Below, in pieces: positions 49,679-60,734 of a DNA stretch of 64,000 nt. The DNA is from Macrostomum hystrix. Its lineage: Eukaryota > Animalia > Platyhelminthes. Numbering within the stretch: position 1 is the first letter of the stretch; each line of letters starts with the position of its first letter. The notes beneath the pieces are model-generated. The model was not told the origin of the DNA, searched no databases, and saw only the letters and a program-made list of their open reading frames with translations. The stretch covers positions 4,712,001-4,776,000 of the forward strand of contig CATNEN010000005.1 of assembly GCA_950097015.1 (NCBI GenBank), read 5' to 3'. Position numbers and translations under genes: made by a program.

Positions 49679-50848
49679 TAAAAACGGGCTGCAAAATGGC
49701 TTGTTAGTCCAACTGTTAACTAGTAATTTTTTGTCTAACGATAGAGAGCTTGTAGCCCAGTACATGGTTAATTGCGAACATCGAGATTCGAGACCGAGTC
49801 GTCAGAAGTTCGAATCTCAGCCAACATTAACAGGAAATGTCCGCATGAAATTCGAAGGCAGAACAAAGTTGACTTGCTTTCTTGAGCTATTCTTGGCCAC
49901 GATTGTCTCAATTAGATAATTTAGACATTATAAGAGATCTAATTATACTTATATTATTTTGAGATACTGACTGTCTGTTTAGTATATTTTCTTAAATTCT
50001 TTTGTACTTAAAATGTAGTTTCGTAGATACGAGTAAATCAAATCTGCTAAAAAAGGTTTAAAAAAGCTTTAAAAAACAATGGTGTTTGGATTAAACAAAT
50101 TGTTATAATTGAATTACAATAGTTTATTAATTAAAGGCAATGAATGGATTTAAATATTTATTATGGTATTGCAATTGAAAGTTTTTCGCACTGAAAAATA
50201 TGTGGGTTTGATACAGATGAAGCTATTTTGATTGTACGAACTATGACTTACTTTGGCTTTAAAAAGTTATAGATTATATAGATAGTTAGGCGTTACAAAA
50301 GATAATAAATACTGAATTAAAGAGCCTGTTGTATTTACAACAGAAAATAATCGGAATAATGAGTATGAGATAAGCAAGGGGATAAATATGCATTTGTAAA
50401 AAATGAAATAGCTTGATAAACATTGTGGCACAACACACATTCAAAGCAAGCGCAGTAGATTTGAACGAGAATTATTCTACTTAGAGTAAGTAGTAAGAAA
50501 AAAAGTAATTAAAAATGCCAACTAAATTGACAGAAATTAAACTTTCGTTTACAAAAATAGCTGAATTATTGATAAGAAAATAGAAAATATTTGAAACACT
50601 GTAAATAAAAATGCTTCATTTGTAAAAGAAAAAAACTAATTAAAATGCCTAAAATTTAATAAAAGCACTTTCGTTTACCAGTCAGCAAAAACTATAAAAG
50701 GACAGAAAAATGAAATGTTCTTGCAAAAATAGCTATTTTAGATGCAATAAATTTAGTAAAATAATTGACAGTAACAAACTTGTTTGTCGCATAACTACTA
50801 TAAGCTACTTTGAGCGGTATTAATAAGAAATTTGTCTGTCATCGCGCC

Positions 50849-53800
50849 TTAACAAACACCGCGACGAGTGCGCACCTGACGAATTGTCGGTTGCGTCTCC
50901 TTAGCAACCTTTGCCTTCGCTGTGGCGTCCTTAGCGACGAAAGGTGTCTCCTTCGGAGCGCCGCGCTTTGACGTGGCCCTGGAGCTGGCAGCTGCGGCGA
51001 CGATGAGAGCCTCGTCAGCAACCGCGGCGGCGGCACGCTTTGCGCGAGCACCGGCCACAGCAACCGATGAAGTGTCCTTAGCAACCGCCTTCGTAGCAAC
51101 GCGACGCGGCTTTTTAACTGGCGAAGCGGCCATGTCAGTTTCAACATCAACGACAGCAGCCGCACGCTTGCCACGTCCTCCAACGCGAGTTGTTGTCGTC
51201 TTGACAGCGGCAGCGTCCTTAGCAACGGGCATTTGAGGTTCAGATGATGCCGTCACCTTGGCGGCGCATCGACGAGGTTTCTTAGACTCAATCGCAACAA
51301 CTGCTGGAGATAGTTCTACTTCAGTTGATTCTGTCAGCGCTTGACGCTTCCTGCGACCAACTGGCGCAGCGTCCTTAGCAACAGTGTCAACCGACTTAAC
51401 AGTTGTTTCTTTAATTGGCTGCTTACGAGCTCGAGTAGCCTTCACAGTCTGAGTCGGGACAATCTCTAATTTACCAATCGACTTGCGCTCTCGCCTCGAT
51501 ACGACCCTAGCAACCGGACTAGCGGCCTTGACAACCTTGGCCTTGACAATAGGCGAGGTGGGTTCCAAAGCGACCGCTTTCTTGGCACGCCCACGCTGAG
51601 GTCTCTTGGGCTCTTCAACGGCTGCCGTGACAATGGCGGCTCGCCTAACTCGACTAGCTGTTGAGTCTTGCTCAGCAACCAAAGAGTCCTTGGCAACCTG
51701 AGAGTCTACAACAACTGGCGCATCGTTGGCAACAGATTTCTCGATAGTTTTATTTGTTGCGTCGCGCCTAGCATTTCTAGCGGGCGCCTTGTAGCTAATT
51801 TTGATGCCAGCTTCAGCCTGGATGGCGTCAGTGGCCAAAATGGCTGCGCGGCGTGTCGATCTCCCAGCGACGCCAGATATCAGTGGTTCGGCCACTTCGA
51901 AGATAACAGCGTTAGCCGCTTCTGCAGTTGGCTTCTTTGTCTGAACGACTTTTCTTCGCAAATTAATCTTTGACGTTGTTGAATCTATAACGGTATCAAC
52001 TGATTTAGCGTCATTAGAAACGACATCTGGCACCTCGGCGCTAACGGGCTTCCTTCGCGAGGCGTTCCTAGCAGTCGCGGTGGCAGAAGCGCCATTGGCA
52101 ACCTGAGTTGTCGGCTCAACGTCAACATCATTAGAAGCTGCGGTAGCTTTAGCTGGTGCTTTATGACGCGAAGCAGCCTTCTTGACGGTGGCTGTCTCCT
52201 TAGGGATGATCGCAGCTTCCATAGCAACGCTAGCTTTAGATTCTACTTTGGCTTTATTGCGTCGCGACGCTACCTTAGTAACGGCCTTAGCAACTATGGC
52301 AGGCGCTTCAGTTACGACTGACATAGCAACGGAATTGACTGTTTGGGTGCTATTAGAGTCAGAAACCTGCTCCGCATCTCCTCTTTTTGTCTTTAGTTCA
52401 TCAGCTACAGAGTTAAGGACTTTTTTAATAATTTGTTCGCCTGGGGCACTGCTAGATGTGACTTTGGAATTTGACTGTCTCAGCGGAGACGAACTTGTTG
52501 AAGAAGAGCGACCTCTGTTTTCGTCCGCCGCATTTGCTTCGTTTTCTCTATCGACCGTAGCGTTTTTGGCTTTGACGTTGCGACTACGCTTACGAGGATT
52601 GGCTCGGTTACGCGTCGATGACGAAGCGGTAGCCGCAGGAGCAGCTGCAGCAGATTCTAAAGCGTCAGCAACAGATTTTGTAGCCTTTTGACTTTCGCTT
52701 GGTGTCATTTTGGGTTTAGGTTTTTTCTGAGCGACTGGTGTCTTAGCTGGCGTCTTCTCAGCGACAGGTGTCTTGGCTGGCGTCTTCTCAGCCACAGGTG
52801 TCTTCGCTGGCGTCTTCTCAGCGACTGGTGTCTTCTCAGCGACAGGTGTCTTGGCTGGTGTCTTCTCAGCGACAGGTGTCTTGGCTGGTGTCTTTTCAGC
52901 GACAGGTGTCTTGGCTGGTGTCTTCTTAGCGACAGGTGTCTTGGTTGGCGTCTTCTCAGCCACAGGTGTCTTGGCTGGTGTCTTCTCAGCGACAGGTGTC
53001 TTGGCTGGTGTCTTCTCAGCGACAGGTGTCTTCGCTGGCGTCTTCTCAGCGACAGGTGTCTTGGCTGGTGTCTTCTCAGCGACTGGTGTCTTGGCTGGCG
53101 TCTTCTCAGCGACAGGTGTCTTGGCTGGCGTCTTCTCAGCGACAGGTGTCTTCGCTGGCGTCTTCTCAGCGACAGGTGTCTTGGCTGGCGTCTTCTCAGC
53201 GACTGGTGTCTTGGCTGGTGTCTTCTCAGCGACAGGTGTCTTCGCTGGCGTCTTCTCAGCGACAGGTGTCTTCGCTGGCGTCTTCTCAGCGACAGGTGTC
53301 TTGGCTGTTGTCTTCTCAGCGACCGGTGTCTTAGCGGGTGTATTATGTGACGTTTTTCTTTCTCTAGAAGCCCCGCGGTCATCGTCAGCGTCAGGGACCT
53401 CGTCAGTGACCGCAGCGGTGCCGCTATCGGTCACCAGGATCTGCCATCTAGCATTGACAATAGCCGGCGCCCTAGACGAGTGCGCCGCTGCTGCGAGGCC
53501 TCCGCCAAAGCTTCTAGCGCGCGATTCGCCGGCACCTGTACGACGTCGCTTAGTAGACGGTGCGGTCAATCGACGCTGCCTTTTTTTAATTGGCTTAGTC
53601 TGCTCCAGCTGATTGTCTACTAGGCCAGTAGCCAATACGACTGGCGAGTCAAACAGCTGCGGCAGGCCAGAATCGCTGGCAATCGAAAGATTATTATTTC
53701 TGCGATTGGAGCTAGACAGACGGGCAAGCTTAGCCGGCGGCGGTTGCACTGTTGTGGGCGCCTGGCGTCGTTTGCCAATAACAATGGTCGGCGGTGACAA

Positions 53801-55389
53801 AGCGTGACCAGTTGAAGCGGCGCCGGCCTGTCTAACGGCTACTGGGGTTTTGTTAGACCGACGACCGGCCATAGATCGGGAACGCTTCTTTCCCTGCTTC
53901 TTTTTATTCCACCAGCTGGTTGCGCTGCCAGATTTCGGCGCAACTCCTCTTGGCATTGGGCCGGCTACGCTTTGCAAAGCCATCGCGAAGGTCAGCTTAA
54001 CTGCCGGCTGTAAGGTGGCATAAAAAGCAAGGATTATTTCTTTTGAACCTTTTGAAATACAGTAACGACGAGCCTCTCTTCTATTTTACCTACAATAGTA
54101 ATAATTAATAACTATTCTGCCCTAATCGGATCGGATGTGCAACCGACAGCAGTCCGTGGACTGTGGTGAGGCCATTAACACAGCTAATGCTGGTACCTAT
54201 TTAACACCTGGGTGAATTTAGTTAAGTCTTGCTAAAATGACACATTTTTCTAGTAGAGTCGGGAATCGAACCTCCGACCTTCAAATCATGAGTTCGAGGC
54301 TCTTAAATATCAACTAGAATCGATTTCTACAAGTATCGTACATTGGGCCTACCTGATATCACTTTTTTCCCATAATAGGACACTTCTTATAGTTTATCAT
54401 AAATAAGCAGGACTTACCCCAGATGCTCTAGGCCTAGCTGCAGCTGTCGAAGATCTACGAGCGCCAGTCGAAGCCCTGCTAACAGTGGCCGGTGATTTAG
54501 TTGCCATAGCAACCACAGCTGACGTTCCATTAGCCAAAGCAACAGCAACAGGCTTAACGGGCGTCAGAACAACAGGCGCCTTGCTTAGCATAGCAACCAC
54601 ATTCGAGTTATTCGCCGAACTAGCCACCGGCGTCTTAGTAACCTTAATCACTGTTGGCGATTTAGTTGCCGTGGCAGCCGGTTTAGGCGAAGCCTGCGCG
54701 CCGAATGCGCGTCTAACTAGAATAGATTTGCGCAGTGTAGATCTCGGAAGCGGATCAGCTGGATTGCCAGCTGGCGGCTGAGCCGCAGGCGAGTGCAGCT
54801 GCTGCGCCCAAGTCATGCGTTTCTTGCGCAACACTGAGGCTGGAGTCGGACAGTCGCCGACATTGGCCGGAGCCTGCGACGTTGTTGGTGGCGCCGGCGG
54901 TGGAGTTTGCCTCGTTGAATCGCTGCTAGCAGAGACGGCAGCTATAGCGGCAGAAGGTGAAGCTTCCACACTTCGACGATTAGTTTTATGAACGATGGCT
55001 TTAGGTCGGATAATAAGGGTTGGTGGCGACAATGCGTGCCCAGTTGACAAGGCGCCAGCCTGACGAACAGCTATGGGAGTTTTGGCTCTATCAGCCAAAT
55101 TGCCAATAGGTCGATAGCTAGATCGACGCGTTGCATTACGCCTTGGCGGCTGCTTGTGATGCCTCTGGCGCCAGATTTCATTATTAGTAGTTTCGGTGGA
55201 ACTCTTTGATGTAGTTGTTGAAGCCAGTTCACCCTGCGGCATGGGACCAACTATGCGCTGCAGAGCCATTGCATAAGTAATCTTAGGCATTGGCACTGGC
55301 TGACCAGATGAATTGCGCTTACTTTTAGAGATGGATAATGACAGACGCTGCTGCTGCTGTTGCTGCTGAGGCTGAGTTTGGGCAATCAT
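50849..55389 (-). CDS. Large basic Ala/Lys/Arg/Thr-rich low-complexity protein of unknown function, 2 exons, ~1376 aa
   Basis: Exon 1 55389-54418 (GGG|GTAAGT) joins in phase 0 to exon 2 54007-50849 (TTACAG|CCG), fusing the ORFs 54397-55389 and 50849-53983. Exons are GC-rich against AT-rich flanks. No recognisable folded domain. Confidence 0.75.
52722..53340 (-). repeat. Coding 30-bp tandem repeat, (TPAKTPVAEK) x ~20
   Basis: In-frame repeat inside exon 2; unit variation is mostly synonymous, and one shortened 18-bp unit keeps the frame. Confidence 0.92.
54093..54306 (-). mobile_element. Second, degenerate copy of the tRNA-derived SINE family, inside the intron of the basic protein gene
   Basis: Minus strand reads GGTTCGATTCCCGACTC (B box, 54272-54262) ... 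TGTGTCATTTTAGCAAGAC ... TTCACCCAGGTGTTAAATAGGTAC ... CAGTCCACGGACT ... GCTGTCGGTTGCACATC ... ATT-rich tail. This is collinear with 6980-7295 apart from an internal deletion. Confidence 0.75.
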
Positions 55390-57212
55390 TTTTTATTCCA
55401 AATGTTGAATTTTTAATTCAACAATTTGCTGAAGTAAAATGGAATAGTAGTGTAAAAATTATTTTGATGAAGCCAAATATAATAGTCATAACAGGTTCTC
55501 TTTAATAAAAAATAAATATTTTAATTTTTGCAAAAACTGAAACATCAACAAAACTATAAAATATTGTTAAAAACCTTGAACATTAGACTAAAGCACATTA
55601 TTTAAAAAAATACTATAGGACATACTTGAAACATGAAACTACAGAAAATGTCCAGCAACTGATACCATAAACATCTAGATATGATTTGCTATTTAAGGTA
55701 AAATAGTCTAATCAATAAATTTCTTAATAAGATAATTTGTATGAACTGAAAAAGAATACACAAATTTTATATGAAAAGTATTTTATAGCTAATTAGTTTC
55801 AAATAATAATAGTTTTTTGGCAATGTTTTACTTTCATTCATTATATTATTTTTTGTTTGAATTCATGCCACACATGCATTCTGAGTTTGAAAAAGTTTTG
55901 CTGACTTGGCTTTGACACTTAGATCTATGTCTATGGCAATCTGGCAAATAAGGGGGAACAGAAGCTAAAGCACAGAAATTCCATAGCTGAAGATTTTGCA
56001 AGACCTTGCTTGCATTCAAATAAATAATTCTTCGCCTTAACTATGGCTGGACAACCTGCAGATGAATAGCATTGGTACTTTCCTCTACTAGATTAGGCAC
56101 TATTACCCGGTTTGAAAGAAGAAAGACTGACCAAGACTTTTCAGAACTGTCTGACCAAACTGCTTACTTTTTGTTACCGTTAAACAATTTTTTTTGTCTT
56201 TATCTGTCGTTTGTAAACAAAAAATAATATATGAATGTAAGAAGAACATTGTTGTTTTTTTACAATGAAGGCTATAATGTATAAATATCTAAGTAAAGTT
56301 TTATAACTGTCTGATAAGTGTTTTTACTTTTTAATTTAATTAAGCAAGCTTTTTAAATATGCTATAAATATATATAAATATATTTTTTGTTCAGTATTAC
56401 CATTGGCAATTAAGCTAACTTTTTTCCAGGAATTTACTTAGAAAAAAACTAAAATCAATTTGAGTAAATTTAGACTTAAGACATATAAAAAGTTTTTCAC
56501 TGTTGCAAATATAAATGAAAGCATATCCAAAAATGTCTAAAAAACAATAATGTGTAAAACTTTGGATATGGAACAAGTAGGGGGCCTAGTTAACGAGATC
56601 TTTGTTTTGATTATTTGTGATGAAAATTTAGTTCTATACAAAATCAAATTAAATAAAGTAAGCAGTTTCCTGTTTCTAGAATTATTATTCATTACTTAGT
56701 TTGAATTTCACCAAATTCCATTTAATCCAAATGTGTGATTCAATTTTAACACTAATTTTTCTAATTATTCATCCCATCCCTAGTTCAGACATGGATCACT
56801 TTTAAACTGTGGAATCAAACAACTCGAAATTTGATTGCACTGATAACTTGTTAGCTCTTTGAAGACTGAGAATGTTCAAGTGATTTTGATAGGACAGAGC
56901 CAGATAGCATGTTATACTTCGAATCTGAATATGTGCTGGGGAACCATTACATTAAATAACACATGTTAAGTGATAAACAAAAATATAATATTAATCAAGG
57001 TAAGTAGGCCTACAAGGGGCTCATCTGAGTAGGCCTAACTTATTTAGAGTTAATACATTCGACAAAGCCCGATTGTATTTCTATAAATAAAAATATAAAA
57101 TGTAATTACATATTTATTCATTTTATCTTAGGCCTAGTATTTAGAGCCCTAAAGGAACCTAACAGGCAAACTAGGCACATCTCCTGAAACGAAACTCTAT
57201 ACAGAGGCTTAA

Positions 57213-57600
57213 CGGAGATTCAAAACATCTCAAACATCTAAACTTAACATTCTTGAAGCTCTGCACATTAAGTTACACAAACCCACTCTCAATGTCCAAC
57301 TATCTGGAGGAGGTGCGAGTGAACAGCTGTTGGTGTTCTAGGCTAGAGTACATTTGGGGCGCTTGCGCCTCATTCTCTCCCTCTCTTTTTCTCTGTTCTG
57401 TCATTCCACAAAAAATATTATGAACATTGCTATACTGTACATTGATCCTTTAGTCCTTTTATATCTTTTCAATACCTGCTTTTGTCGTCTACACTGTATT
57501 TAATAGGTTGAAATAAATTCTGTTCAGATAGTGCCTGAAGATGGCTAGTTTTAGCCGAAACGCGTCGCAAATAATATTGAGTTTTGTCAAAACATCTGTT
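57213..57600 (+). mobile_element. 3' remnant of a Penelope-like retroelement (GIY-YIG endonuclease C-terminus plus 3' terminal region)
   Basis: 57240-57341 translates KLNILEALHIKLHKPTLNVQLSGGGASEQLLVF*, matching the L.ILE.L.I....P.LN.Q pattern of PLE GIY-YIG domains. A hammerhead motif follows ~190 bp later. Confidence 0.7.
57531..57570 (+). ncRNA. Minimal type I hammerhead ribozyme motif (PLE-associated)
   Basis: GTGC-CTGAAGA-T-GGCTA(GTTT)TAGCC-GAAAC-GCGT-C-GCA: core CUGANGA, 5-bp stem II, GAAA, palindromic ACGCGT stem III, GUC cleavage triplet. Stem I is only ~3 bp. Confidence 0.65.
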
Positions 57601-59365
57601 TTTCGTGATTCACATTCTGTTTTATTTCAGATAAAACTAAAAACTAGAATGTACAGTAATGCACAATAAAATTTTCCTAAATTACACAAATGCTCTGTGA
57701 CTGTGTCTGTGGATCTTTTCTTTATGTACGAACGAAACTCTCTGTCTCTTAAAGTCAAAATCACGAAAGTAAACAACATTTAAATTTTATCATGTTAACA
57801 AAAAGTGCTCGCTCTTAAGAACGCGGTATTTCATTTTTTTATATCACAGCATTTTCTCAACCAAATGTAGACAAAAAACTACATCTAGATTTGTACGCTC
57901 TAAATTGTTGCGTTATACAAAACACAAAATCCTGCAACGGCTGCTGCAACCGATATTCGTCATTCAGAATGGCACTAATTCGTATGCGCCAGCAACTCAA
58001 GGACCACTAAGACCTCGCAACAACTGTCAATAACAGAAAAAGGTAAATCAAGTACAGTGACTAAAATTACTTTTGTTTCCAAGAAGTTCTTACTATCTTA
58101 CAATACAAATAGTGAGTCTTAAGTCTTACGTTTATCGTTAAAATAAATCTATGTTTTAACAAAGTTTGTCTAAATCAAACTTACAACTTGAGTAGGTTAT
58201 AAAAGATATATTTTAGAAAAGTATAGAAATAAAATAAAATAGTTATTACAAAACTTGCTACTATTCCTTTTATAACGCATCTTTAAATTGGCGGAAATTT
58301 ATAAATCGTGCCCTGTACACAATGTTCCATTCACGCTATTGATTTTGACCCGTGTAGTATAAGCGATTTTTTATAATATATTTGCTTTGTTTGGGTGAAG
58401 TACTTAAGCTCATGCCATCCCACTATTTTGTGAGGTTTTTTGTCTTTTTTTAACTTTTATAGTAGAAGGCCTGAGTAAAAAAATATTTTTTAATGCAATG
58501 TATGGACTATGGAAACTTTTTTGAATGAAATTCTTTGGTGTTGAATGTGTTCTCTGGCATATGAAATTTATAGAATTCCGAATCGAATGATGAATATGTG
58601 ATATGCCATATATTATTTATATTTTTACCTGGGCTTAACCACTATTCAGATAGTTAAGTTTGCATTGAACTAATCAATATCACACCTTATAAAATATCTA
58701 TTTGTCCAATTTAGAAAGTTATACATTTATTGATTACTATTATGACTTTGTGAAATTGCATCTGCTATGTATTAGCTCAGACAGTTAATTGTTATATTTT
58801 ATATTTATATACAGTTTTTATTTAAATGGATTTCTTTATGTACATGCAATTCTTTTCATACATGTGCCTATGTACATATGAGTACATACATGTTTGCATT
58901 TAGATTACACTTAAATCTGCATTTAATTAATTCATATTGCTGTTTAAGAGGCACAAAGTTGGTAGCTATGATGGATAAAATCGCATACCTCATACTACTT
59001 ATAGCAGTTTAGTTTATGGACAAGGTCCCCAGTTCTATCAATTGAACAGTCTTAAGCTGCTGCCTTCAGGTGCTCAGTAGAATAGCTACGGCTGTGCTCT
59101 CTGCTTCATTTCTGAGCCAATTTAGACATGATAATTAGATTTTTATTTGTTTTTTTATTCCTTGATATAAGAAATATCAACTGATCAACAAAAAATTCTT
59201 TTTAAGCTATAGAACACTTTTTGTTGTAATTTTAACATAGCTGCTATACACATTTCTATTATTCAAGACATAGTGAGAACAAAATTTTAGTTTTTTTATT
59301 AACACGTGTGTACAATTTATTGGTATTTCTACTAAGTAGGATGTGAACACTGGCCATAATTGCAG

Positions 59366-60052
59366 TCGTTCACGAAACCGATCCGCGATCCAAAGGACGC
59401 AATTGTCCGCGGCTACTCGCAACCGTTCAGCCTGTTTCGCCGTTGGCAAAAGGACGCCGCCAGAAGCGAGCAGTTCGGCAATGCGGATACCTTCGTGTTG
59501 GCAACGGCGTGTCCTCTGTCGATGACGCCCTCCCAGAGACCGATGCAGCTGGCTGATGCCTGCAATAACGCTTTCATGTTTCTTTCAACCCTGCACAGTC
59601 GCAAGGGCGGCCAGATGTCGCAGAATAAAAATGTCAGCTTGTACTTTGATTGGCTGCCTATGGGGCGTCACGTGACCGTGTCGGGCGAAGTATCGATCGT
59701 GCGAGATCGTCACGTGATCAACAGCTACTTCCAAAGAATTTTCCCAGCAGATTTGAAGTGCTACTTTAGCGCCATCGACTCAAACCAGAGCAAAGTGATT
59801 GACGCCGAGTTTAAAGAGAAATTTCGTGACTTGCGCATTAGACTTGCCCAGTACAAAGATACTAAGATTCCACCGCCAGACTCCATGCTGCTCTACAAGG
59901 TTGAACCGAATTATTTTGAATTCTACGAGAACTCTAAAGAGGTTGGCAACGTGCGACTCACCTACACCAGATTCGTTGAGGGAACTCCAGTCGACAATCG
60001 GTTCACCTTCTGCGCAAATCCTGACTGGGTTGTTGAACAGATTGCTCAGTGA
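59366..60052 (+). CDS. PNPO: Pyridoxamine/pyridoxine 5'-phosphate oxidase (PdxH/PNPO) family protein, divergent; 5' end unresolved
   Basis: PFSLFRRW, FVLATA...PSQR, SRKG..MSQNKNVSLYFDW...RHV.VSG, YF, NQSKVI, YKVEPNYFEFY, WVVEQIAQ follow the PdxH layout. The ORF opens at TTG right after TAA, and a probable acceptor TTGCAG| lies at 59365, so an upstream exon is likely. Confidence 0.8.
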   Translation, partial: SFTKPIRDPKDAIVRGYSQPFSLFRRWQKDAARSEQFGNADTFVLATACPLSMTPSQRPMQLADACNNAFMFLSTLHSRKGGQMSQNKNVSLYFDWLPMGRHVTVSGEVSIVRDRHVINSYFQRIFPADLKCYFSAIDSNQSKVIDAEFKEKFRDLRIRLAQYKDTKIPPPDSMLLYKVEPNYFEFYENSKEVGNVRLTYTRFVEGTPVDNRFTFCANPDWVVEQIAQ

Positions 60053-60734
60053 ACCAGCTCAACATGCTCCGTAAGAACATACATTTCTGACTCTGCATTT
60101 ACCGACTAAATAGAGATTTCGGTGTAAAAAGTCGCGTTAAAAGGCTATAATGTATCAAAGGCTAGATCACGCAAATGTATCTTTCGTTTCAGAACCCAAC
60201 CCAGGGTCGCTATATGCACTGTCACTAACGCCATTGACGCTAATAGCAATTGGCTTTTGCACTCTATTTATTTATCATATTCGCAGCCAAATACATATGT
60301 GCAGCTAAATGTGTTGCTTATTTTCACTTAGCTAACACAATGTCTAATGCATGAATTGCGGCGGTGAAAAAATAAAGCAGTTTGTGTTTGTAGATGGTTT
60401 TTTTAATCAGATAAAAAAGAGGAATATTTTATTTTAGCTAATTTTAAAATGTAAAGCTCAAATTCAATGATATTTTTATGTAGGTATCGATAGCGTTAGC
60501 AAGTAGAGAGTTTGTCTAGTGGTCATAGTTGACTCAATATCAAACCTGTGATGACAAACCTTTAAAATAATTAATTCGATAAGAAAGTAAAAATTATGCA
60601 AAGTAGAAATAGTATAAGCTAAATAAATAATTAAACAACCTTTAAGTAATAAGAGGACCAATCTACAGTTAAGATAGGTGTCTATTTTACACAATAGTGT
60701 CTATTGCGTCCGGTAGACACTAATTGTCTATGAA

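Noticed and set aside
42841-53807. Antisense and alternative-frame ORFs overlapping the channel and basic-protein genes (e.g. 42841-43281, 46399-46824, 52182-53612)
   Set aside because: Shadow ORFs expected opposite GC-rich coding sequence; no recognisable motifs.
57969-58042. ATG GCA CTA ATT CGT ATG... as the missing first exon of the PNPO-like gene
   Set aside because: In-frame TAA after 13 codons, and the nearby donor (AG|GTAAAT) is not in the phase needed for the 59365 acceptor.
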